Assembly: GCA_964016885.1 (NCBI GenBank)
Contig: OZ024748.1
Coordinates: 35,712,001 to 35,776,000 of the forward strand
Direction: 5' to 3'
Origin: Eledone cirrhosa
Lineage: Eukaryota
DNA: 64,000 nucleotides
Positions 1-9,271 of this stretch are shown one piece after another; position 1 is the first letter of the stretch, and each line of letters starts with the position of its first letter. Below the pieces are notes generated by a model. The model was not told the origin of the DNA, searched no databases, and worked only from the letters and a program-made list of their open reading frames with translations. The translations under genes were made by a program, and so were the position numbers.

Positions 1-1137
1 TTATTCTCAATAACAATAATATTATTATTATTATTAATTATATGTTGGTTATAACTAAGAATTCTGCTATTTATTTTTGCAACATTTTGAGCCATATTCA
101 TAGTTGTTGAGTAAGATAGTTTAACTGTGTGTCTATTGAAGATAGAATAATATTTACGTGTTCTAGGGAAACATTTATCTAATGCTTTAAAAAATAATTG
201 TGCTAAAGGTGTTTTAATAGCTAAAGATGCAGGTGGGGCATACCAAATAATAGATCTAGTTCTAATTTTTTTCCCTGATTTATTCTCGAAATTGGTATTT
301 TTATTTATATTTTTTATTATTTTTATTTTTATTTTTATTTTTACAGTCTGTTTTATTTATATTATTCCTATTATTATGAATATTTAGTTTATAATTACAA
401 TTATTATTTTCTACATATTCAATATTATTTTTATATCCTGCTTTATGTAACGCTTCATTATAATATCCAGCTTTACTATTAAAAATGGATTTGTTAGCAG
501 ATAATTTAGTTAAACGTTGTTGAACACTATTGACTATTGCATTTTTAACACATTTAGGATGATTGGAATAAAAACTAACATAATTTAGGTTTTCATTGGG
601 TTTATGGAAGAGGTAATATAGGCCTTAGTTTAAATAAAGGGTTACGACTAGGAAGTTAACTATTTTACTGTTACTTTCTACTTCTAATTTCAGGTCGCAT
701 TTTTAAAGAATTCTATAATTATTTTCTTTACTCTATTTAATTCATTATTGCTATGTCTAACTACAGTAAATAATATATCATCTCTATATAAACCACCGGT
801 AATCTCCGGCAGTTTTCTATTTATCATATTAAGGATAAAAATTCCCAGAAGATCGGTAAACTGCGCAGAATCGGACGATCCCATGGTAATGTCGAAATTC
901 TTCTGCCTATCCGAACGAGTCCAAAAATCATTATTAAAGTTAATCAAGGTTCGCGTAGCCGCTAAATAATATTAATCTCCTCACTAGATAGATCAGTGTG
1001 TTTATATGCGTATGATTTTGCTTTATTCAAAAGGTTAGGAGTTATTGAGGTGAAGTAACTCGCTATGTCCATTTGAATAAATTTATGATTTTTCTTATTT
1101 TCAATGTTCTTAAACCAATCTATGACTTCACTAGGTT
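1..1137 (-). mobile_element. Decayed Penelope-like element (Hydra-clade-like) RT region
   Basis: ORF 690..947: FDITMGSSDSAQFTDLLG...GGLYRDD (RT motifs B/C); downstream KLSYSTTMN remnant near 70-125; same motifs as the elements at 32044 and 39253; abuts (TA)n. Confidence 0.85.
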
Positions 1138-1320
1138 ATATATATATATATATATATATAAATTGGAATAAATGCTCTGAAATAGCGATATATATGTGAA
1201 TATAGACATAGAATATTCGAAAATATTCTGTATGTTTATAATAAACATTTTGAAGACCTAATCGCTATAGAATAGAATACGTCACGTATTACAATTAGAT
1301 TCTCGATAAAAGCAAGGGAA

Positions 1321-1363
1321 GTAATCTACGCGTTTCATTCTTGTTAGAAATCATCAGGACTAC
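1321..1363 (-). ncRNA. Type I hammerhead ribozyme (family A)
   Basis: GTAGTC-CTGATGA-TTTCT aaca AGAAT-GAAA-CGCG-TA-GATTAC; stem I extended by TTCTCGATAAAAGCA/TGCTTTTATCGAGAA. Confidence 0.9.
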
Positions 1364-1630
1364 ATATCCAGTGCTTTTATCGAGAATGACACAGCTAGAG
1401 ACTTATAGAATACTTAGCTGTGTACAGGAACTGGTTTGAAAGAGCGGTTGCCGGTCCGGCAGAAATTAGAAATTGGAATAAATGCTCTGAAATAGCGATA
1501 TATATGTGAATATAGACATAGAATATTCGAAAATATTCTGTATGTTTATAATAAACATTTTGAAGACCTAATCGCTATAGAATAGAATACGTCACGTATT
1601 ACAATTAGATTCTCGATAAAAGCAAGGGAA

Positions 1631-1673
1631 GTAATCTACGCGTTTCATTCTTGTTAGAAATCATCAGGACTAC
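1631..1673 (-). ncRNA. Type I hammerhead ribozyme (family A)
   Basis: Same motif as 1321..1363. Confidence 0.9.
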
Positions 1674-1940
1674 ATATCCAGTGCTTTTATCGAGAATGAC
1701 ACAGCTAGAGACTTATAGAATACTTAGCTGTGTACAGGAACTGGTTTGAAAGAGCGGTTGCCGGTCCGGCAGAAATTAGAAATTGGAATAAATGCTCTGA
1801 AATAGCGATATATATGTGAATATAGACATAGAATATTCGAAAATATTCTGTATGTTTATAATAAACATTTTGAAGACCTAATCGCTATAGAATAGAATAC
1901 GTCACGTATTACAATTAGATTCTCGATAAAAGCAAGGGAA

Positions 1941-1983
1941 GTAATCTACGCGTTTCATTCTTGTTAGAAATCATCAGGACTAC
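1941..1983 (-). ncRNA. Type I hammerhead ribozyme (family A)
   Basis: Same motif as 1321..1363. Confidence 0.9.
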
Positions 1984-2250
1984 ATATCCAGTGCTTTTAT
2001 CGAGAATGACACAGCTAGAGACTTATAGAATACTTAGCTGTGTACAGGAACTGGTTTGAAAGAGCGGTTGCCGGTCCGGCAGAAATTAGAAATTGGAATA
2101 AATGCTCTGAAATAGCGATATATATGTGAATATAGACATAGAATATTCGAAAATATTCTGTATGTTTATAATAAACATTTTGAAGACCTAATCGCTATAG
2201 AATAGAATACGTCACGTATTACAATTAGATTCTCGATAAAAGCAAGGGAA

Positions 2251-2293
2251 GTAATCTACGCGTTTCATTCTTGTTAGAAATCATCAGGACTAC
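2251..2293 (-). ncRNA. Type I hammerhead ribozyme (family A)
   Basis: Same motif as 1321..1363. Confidence 0.9.
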
Positions 2294-2560
2294 ATATCCA
2301 GTGCTTTTATCGAGAATGACACAGCTAGAGACTTATAGAATACTTAGCTGTGTACAGGAACTGGTTTGAAAGAGCGGTTGCCGGTCCGGCAGAAATTAGA
2401 AATTGGAATAAATGCTCTGAAATAGCGATATATATGTGAATATAGACATAGAATATTCGAAAATATTCTGTATGTTTATAATAAACATTTTGAAGACCTA
2501 ATCGCTATAGAATAGAATACGTCACGTATTACAATTAGATTCTCGATAAAAGCAAGGGAA

Positions 2561-2603
2561 GTAATCTACGCGTTTCATTCTTGTTAGAAATCATCAGGAC
2601 TAC
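2561..2603 (-). ncRNA. Type I hammerhead ribozyme (family A)
   Basis: Same motif as 1321..1363. Confidence 0.9.
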
Positions 2604-2872
2604 ATATCCAGTGCTTTTATCGAGAATGACACAGCTAGAGACTTATAGAATACTTAGCTGTGTACAGGAACTGGTTTGAAAGAGCGGTTGCCGGTCCGGC
2701 AGAAATTGAATATTCTATGTCTATATTCACATATATATCGCTATTTCAGAGCATTTATTCCAATTTCTAATTTCTGCCGGACCGGCAACCGCTCTTTCAA
2801 ACCAGTTCCTGTACACAGCTAAGTATTCTATAAGTCTCTAGCTGTGTCATTCTCGATAAAAGCACTGGATAT

Positions 2873-2915
2873 GTAGTCCTGATGATTTCTAACAAGAATG
2901 AAACGCGTAGATTAC
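2873..2915 (+). ncRNA. Type I hammerhead ribozyme (family A, inverted arm)
   Basis: gtagtc ctgatga tttctaacaagaat gaaa cgcg ta gattac. Confidence 0.9.
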
Positions 2916-3182
2916 TTCCCTTGCTTTTATCGAGAATCTAATTGTAATACGTGACGTATTCTATTCTATAGCGATTAGGTCTTCAAAATGTTTATTATAA
3001 ACATACAGAATATTTTCGAATATTCTATGTCTATATTCACATATATATCGCTATTTCAGAGCATTTATTCCAATTTCTAATTTCTGCCGGACCGGCAACC
3101 GCTCTTTCAAACCAGTTCCTGTACACAGCTAAGTATTCTATAAGTCTCTAGCTGTGTCATTCTCGATAAAAGCACTGGATAT

Positions 3183-3225
3183 GTAGTCCTGATGATTTCT
3201 AACAAGAATGAAACGCGTAGATTAC
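3183..3225 (+). ncRNA. Type I hammerhead ribozyme (family A, inverted arm)
   Basis: Same motif as 2873..2915. Confidence 0.9.
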
Positions 3226-3492
3226 TTCCCTTGCTTTTATCGAGAATCTAATTGTAATACGTGACGTATTCTATTCTATAGCGATTAGGTCTTCAAAATG
3301 TTTATTATAAACATACAGAATATTTTCGAATATTCTATGTCTATATTCACATATATATCGCTATTTCAGAGCATTTATTCCAATTTCTAATTTCTGCCGG
3401 ACCGGCAACCGCTCTTTCAAACCAGTTCCTGTACACAGCTAAGTATTCTATAAGTCTCTAGCTGTGTCATTCTCGATAAAAGCACTGGATAT

Positions 3493-3535
3493 GTAGTCCT
3501 GATGATTTCTAACAAGAATGAAACGCGTAGATTAC
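3493..3535 (+). ncRNA. Type I hammerhead ribozyme (family A, inverted arm)
   Basis: Same motif as 2873..2915. Confidence 0.9.
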
Positions 3536-3647
3536 TTCCCTTGCTTTTATCGAGAATCTAATTGTAATACGTGACGTATTCTATTCTATAGCGATTAGGT
3601 CTTCAAAATGTTTATTATAAACATACAGAATATTTTCGAATATTCTA

Positions 3648-3678
<31 letters not shown>

Positions 3679-3685
<7 letters not shown>

Positions 3686-3910
3686 TAACAGATTAAAGTT
3701 TAAGCAAAGAATCGCTGTTTTCACCCTTAACGGGATCTTCTGAAACTAACCCTTAGTTTCAGAAGATCCCGTTAAGGGTGAAATCAGCGATTCTTTGCTT
3801 AAACTTTAATCTGTTATTTTAATAAATATTTGCTCTACGGTTCTTATATATTTGATATATATATTTATCCTTATCGAGCCCTCTTTGAATTTTAGTCTCC
3901 AAATTTATTA
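3679..3910. repeat. Family G fold-back insertion (pLTR-like) with variant HHRs at 3697..3747(-) and 3755..3805(+)
   Basis: ~70-bp inverted arms centred near 3751; AGTTT-CAGAAGA-TCCC gttaa GGGT-GAAA...TTGC-TT-AAACT; related copies at ~13400, ~29970, ~60770. Confidence 0.75.
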
Positions 3911-3914
3911 TTAT

Positions 3915-3962
<48 letters not shown>

Positions 3963-3965
<3 letters not shown>

Positions 3966-4871
3966 AGTGGTTACACAACAGTTAGTTCACCATGCCGAGA
4001 ACAATTATTTCACCTTAGCGGATCCTCAGCTTGTAATGGACATGGTTTTACGGAACAGGAAGGACAACCGTACGAACGCGCATGCGCAGAAACGATCACT
4101 TCACACAGGCAATACCAGGGTGCTCTTGCCGTAAGCCCGAAGCTTGTTCCCTTCAACAGCAATGCAACACACCCGCTGTAGTGTATGAAGCTGTGGTCAC
4201 TTCCAACCGACCAAATCAACCACAGGAGGTCAAATCCTATGTGGGTATGGCGGAGGGCCGATTTAAGGAACGCTTCCTGAACCACCAATCGACCTTTAGG
4301 TACCCGGACAGACGTTCATCCACGAAACTCGCGAGCCACGTATGGTCCCTCAAGGACTCAAGTATAGACTACGCCATTCAATGGAAAGCCATTACTAAGT
4401 CCAAGCAATACGCAAGGGGCAATCTGTCATGTGGACTATGTATTGATGAACGAATAAATATTCTAAAGAGATTACGCAATAGTGATTGCCTAAACACGAG
4501 AAATGAATTCTTCACACGTTGTCTCCACACGTCTGGAAACACCTTACATCACTACGAAGCTCCGGATTGAATTACAACACCATCCTAATTGTCTTATCAA
4601 CCAGAAACATTCGGAATTTCGCAGTTATCTCCCTTACAGTTGTCGCACGCAATTCAGTATTGCCTGTGTGAAGTGATCGTTTCTGTGCATGCGCGTTCGT
4701 ACGGTTGTCCTTCCTGTTCCGTATAACCATGTCCATTACGAGCTGAGGAACCGCTAAGGTGAAACAATTGTTCTCGGTATGGTGAACTAACTGTTGTGTA
4801 ACAACTTCTACCTAATTCGTCCCATGGACTGAGTGCTCTACCACTACGGATATTACCTTCCAGTGTTCTAC

Positions 4872-4875
<4 letters not shown>
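3963..4875 (+). mobile_element. PLE 3' fragment (GIY-YIG endonuclease, Hydra-clade-like) with an inverted partial copy at 4654-4875
   Basis: ORF 4082..4570: CSCRKPEAC..C, VVYEA...YVGMAEGRFKERFLNH, CGLC, RCLH; 4654-4805 is the reverse complement of ~3969-4117. Confidence 0.88.
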
Positions 4876-4934
<59 letters not shown>

Positions 4935-4939
<5 letters not shown>

Positions 4940-4992
4940 GTAAGTATGTATGTATACGTACATACATATATGTATACAGACGTACAGTAGCA

Positions 4993-5071
<79 letters not shown>

Positions 5072-5477
5072 GCATACAGGTACACATACATATATGCACG
5101 CATCAGTTTAGCCGACGTTTATTATAACGCAGCTTTGTTCGCTTGTTTCTCAACAAACAGAACAGCCTGAATTTATGCCATACGGTGTTAAGGCAACCAC
5201 GTCACCTTTTTGTTCAACACTGACACAGGAACGATGTACTAGTTTCAAGCTTGTTAGCTATCATCAGATGGGTAAACGGTGCTGATGATAGCTAACAAGC
5301 TTGAAACTAGTACATCGTTCCTGTGTCAGTGTTGAACAAAAAGGTGACGTGGTTGCCTTAACACCGTATGGCATAAATTCAGGCTGTTCTGTTTGTTGAG
5401 AAACAAGCGAACAAAGCTGCGTTATAATAAACGTCGGCTAAACTGATGCGTGCATATATGTATGTGTACCTGTATGC

Positions 5478-5536
<59 letters not shown>

Positions 5537-5630
5537 TGCTACTGTACGTCTGTATACATATATGTATGTACGTATACATACATACTTACATTTAAGTAAG
5601 TGCCATACTAAGAGTGAGAAATGAAATTTC
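4935..5630. repeat. Family C fold-back insertion (long inverted arms centred near 5274)
   Basis: 4935-5267 is the reverse complement of 5282-~5592; further copies at 7373-8040, ~34060-34150, 58893-59150. Confidence 0.9.
5275..5319 (+). ncRNA. Type I hammerhead ribozyme (family C)
   Basis: AACGGTG-CTGATGA-TAGCT aaca AGCTT-GAAA-CTAG-TA-CATCGTT. Confidence 0.88.
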
Positions 5631-5658
5631 GTTTTCATTTTTTTCAACTTATATATAT

Positions 5659-5747
<89 letters not shown>

Positions 5748-5964
5748 CAAATAACGAAACGAAATTAAATTTCGTTTCGTTTGTAACTCACTTTTGTATG
5801 ACTGACGCTTAAACAATTAAGTTAAAAATGTACATCTACATATGCATACTGAAATACTAGTGTGTATATGAATACACACACGTATACATATGTAGGTGTA
5901 CCAAGTCTGTCACTGGTTTTTCGGGGGAACACCTTCCCCCTATTCTCCAGAAAGCCAGACAAGG

Positions 5965-6008
5965 AATATTGAACTAGTTTCGTTGTTGTTACAACTCATC
6001 AGCAATAT
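5965..6008 (-). ncRNA. Type I hammerhead ribozyme (family B)
   Basis: Reverse complement of the motif at 6463. Confidence 0.8.
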
Positions 6009-6462
6009 ATTGTTACAACAAAGAAACTAGTTCAATATTCCTTGTCTGGCTTTCTGGAGAATAGGGGGAAGGTGTTCCCGCGAAAAACCAGTATGACTCT
6101 AAAAACCGGTTTGTCTGTGTGTTTACATACAGAATAGCTGGGCCGCTCACTGTAAAGCGACCAGTGAAAGACTTGGTACACCTACATATGTATACGTGTG
6201 TGTATTCATATACACACTAGTATTTCAGTATGCATATGTAGATGTACATTTTTAACTTAATTGTTTAAGCGTCAGTCATACAAAAGTGAGTTACAAACGA
6301 AACGAAATTTAATTTCGTTTCGTTATTTGTTTTTATCGTCTCCGCTGAACCGGTGCGTACTCACACTCTATGCAAATTAGTCTGCCCACTACTAATTTTC
6401 ATAGAAAAAGCATATAACGATATGTGCTTTTACAATTCTCCAGAAAGGCCGGTAGATAGGTA

Positions 6463-6507
6463 AATATTGCTGATGAGTTGTAACAACAACGAAACTAGTT
6501 CAATATT
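6463..6507 (+). ncRNA. Type I hammerhead ribozyme (family B)
   Basis: AATATTG-CTGATGA-GTTGT aaca ACAAC-GAAA-CTAG-TT-CAATATT. Confidence 0.87.
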
Positions 6508-6930
6508 CCTTGTCTGGCTTTCTGGAGAATAGGGGGAAGGTGTTCCACCGAAAAACCAGTATGACTCTAAAAACCGGTTTGTCTGTGTGTTTACATACAG
6601 AATAGCTGGGCCGCTCACTGTAAAGCGACCAGTGAAAGACTTGGTACACCTACATATGTATACGTGTGTGTATTCATATACACACTAGTATTTCAGTATG
6701 CATATGTAGATGTACATTTTTAACTTAATTGTTTAAGCGTCAGTCATACAAAAGTGAGTTACAAACGAAACGAAATTTAATTTCGTTTCGTTATTTGTTT
6801 TTATCGTCTCCGCTGAACCGGTGCGTACTCACACTCTATGCAAATTAGTCTGCCCACTACTAATTTTCATAGAAAAAGCATATAACGATATGTGCTTTTA
6901 CAATTCTCCAGAAAGGCCGGTAGATAGGTA

Positions 6931-6975
6931 AATATTGCTGATGAGTTGTAACAACAACGAAACTAGTTCAATATT
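6931..6975 (+). ncRNA. Type I hammerhead ribozyme (family B)
   Basis: Same motif as 6463..6507. Confidence 0.87.
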
Positions 6976-7198
6976 CCTTGTCTGGCTTTCTGGAGAATAG
7001 GGGGAAGGTGTTCCCCCGAAAAACCAGTATGACTCTAAAAACCGGTTTGTCTGTGTGTTTACATACAGAATAGCTGGGCCGCTCACTGTAAAGCGACCAG
7101 TGAAAGACTTGGTACACCTACATATGTATACGTGTGTGTATTCATATACACACTAGTATTTCAGTATGCATATGTAGATGTACATTTTTAACTTAATT

Positions 7199-7257
<59 letters not shown>

Positions 7258-7260
7258 AAC

Positions 7261-7294
<34 letters not shown>

Positions 7295-7307
7295 ATATAT
7301 ATACATA

Positions 7308-7355
<48 letters not shown>

Positions 7356-7372
7356 TACATATAAATATATAT

Positions 7373-8040
7373 GTCAGTGTTGAACAAACGAGCAACGATG
7401 GTTGCTGGGCACTACTGTTTACAAACACACCGAGCATTATAATAAATGTTCGGTGAATCCATACGTACATATATATATATGTGTGCATGTATGTATATAT
7501 ATATATATATACTACTGTACGTCTGTATACATATATGTATGTACGTATACATACTTATATTTAAGTAACAGCCGTACTAAGAGTGGGAAATGAAATTTCG
7601 TTTCATTTTTCCGTTTATCGTTTTCGGTGCACCCGGCCGATTAACCCACTCGATATGCAAATTCGGCTACTCAGCCGTTAATATGCATAAGGTAAGTATA
7701 TACGTTCAGCAATCTGGCAGGAAGGTATACGTTGCTGACGATAGCTAATAAGCTTGAAACTAGTACAGCGTTCCTTTGTCAGTGTTGAACAAACGAGCAA
7801 CGATGGTTGCTGGACACTACGGCTTAATACGGGATGTTTGTTTACAAACACACCGAGCATTATAATAAATGTTCGGTGAATCCATACGTACATATATATA
7901 TGTGTGCATGTATGTATATATATATATACATACTACTGTACGTCTGTATACATATATGTATGTACGTGTACATATTTATATTTAAGTAACAGCCGTACTA
8001 AGAGTGGGAAATTAAATTTCGTTTCATTTTTTCCGTTTAT
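7373..8040 (+). repeat. Family C-related partial tandem (pLTR-like direct repeat, 7373-7618 / ~7778-8040)
   Basis: Direct repeat of gtcagtgttgaacaaacgagc...ccgtttat around a unique core carrying the HHR. Confidence 0.85.
7729..7771 (+). ncRNA. Type I hammerhead ribozyme (family C variant)
   Basis: ACGTTG-CTGACGA-TAGCT aata AGCTT-GAAA-CTAG-TA-CAGCGT. Confidence 0.85.
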
Positions 8041-8110
8041 ATATACATAAAACATCTCACGCACACACTTATATATATATAGAATATATACACACATATT
8101 ATATATATGC

Positions 8111-8144
<34 letters not shown>

Positions 8145-8278
8145 ATGTATATATATATATCAATATATATATATTTATTAAAATAACAGGTTCAAATTCA
8201 AACAAAAACTATATTATATTATATTATATAAATATTATACTATATATATATATATTATATTATATATATATGTATATA

Positions 8279-8341
<63 letters not shown>

Positions 8342-8645
8342 ATATATATATACAGAGGAGAGAGAGAGAGGGGGGGGGGGGAGAAAGAGAGAGAGAGTGG
8401 GGTGGGGGGAGACTCATGCTTATGCTTACACAGATATAAATACCGCCATACTATTTGTGGAAGGAAAAATCACTAAGACACACATGTAAAATGTAATTTA
8501 TATTGTTTTTAATTTTACTGACTCTCATTAATATCGATTAATAATTACTTATTATGATCAAGCCAGCAGCTTCTTCGCTTCAATATATGTAAAATCTATT
8601 CATGTATTTATTTATCTGTATATATAGCAATCACCCTTTGAACAT

Positions 8646-8688
<43 letters not shown>

Positions 8689-8858
8689 TATAGATAGGTA
8701 AATATACACAGGTGTGTATGATTGTGTATAGAAGATTATATTAATAAGAGGAATTCCAACTTTGTCTGATTTACTCGTTTTATTTACAATCCTTTAAAAT
8801 ATATATAATGGTATTATAATGAAATAGTATGATAGAATATTAAATTCTAAGTGTTAAT

Positions 8859-8897
8859 TGAACAAGTACTTTCATGCTTTCGCAATCTTCAGGTTCA
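8859..8897 (-). ncRNA. Type I hammerhead ribozyme in the PLE 3' pseudo-LTR
   Basis: TGAAC-CTGAAGA-TTGC gaaa GCAT-GAAA-GTAC-TT-GTTCA, sense to the PLE ORF. Confidence 0.85.
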
Positions 8898-9271
8898 TGA
8901 TATGTGGTGACAGTCGAGTTTGCAATTTTCAACTGTAATGAGATGGGTAAATTTCCTACCTTTTATACATTTTATACAGAGAAAAGTGGCTCCAGAATGC
9001 AAAGCCCTGTAAACTGTATTTCGACCAATCAGTGTGTAGTTTCACTGAATTACTATAGCTGATTGGTTTAAGCGTCACGGCTGGTTGAGCATGCTAACGA
9101 CGAATAGTCATATCCAACGTATCAATTGTTTTGCTTTTTGAAATGATGAAAATAGCATTTTCTATTAATCATCACCATCAACATCACTTTTATTATTATT
9201 ATTATTGTTGTTGTTGTTGTTGTTAGTGGTCGTGGTCATAGTGGTAGTAGAAGTAATACCCCTAGGCGTTA

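Larger units (their letters stand above)
1161..3656. repeat. Family A: 310-bp tandem array (5 copies, 1161-2707) followed by ~3 inverted copies (2708-3656), one HHR per unit; retrozyme/PLE pLTR-like
   Basis: Units start at 1161, 1471, 1781, 2091, 2401 and look identical; reverse-complement copies follow; (TA)n on both flanks. Confidence 0.97.
5742..7202. repeat. Family B: inverted arm (5742-6008) plus ~2.5 tandem 468-bp units (6011-7202)
   Basis: Period 468 (HHRs at 6463 and 6931; identical spurious ORFs 6430/6898); (TA)n flanks; diverged copy at 59171-59878. Confidence 0.93.

Noticed and set aside
1161-3656. CRISPR array or viroid-like ambisense unit
   Set aside because: Units are fully repeated with no unique spacers and no cas genes; only one polarity of the unit contains an HHR, and the two-strand pattern comes from the inversion
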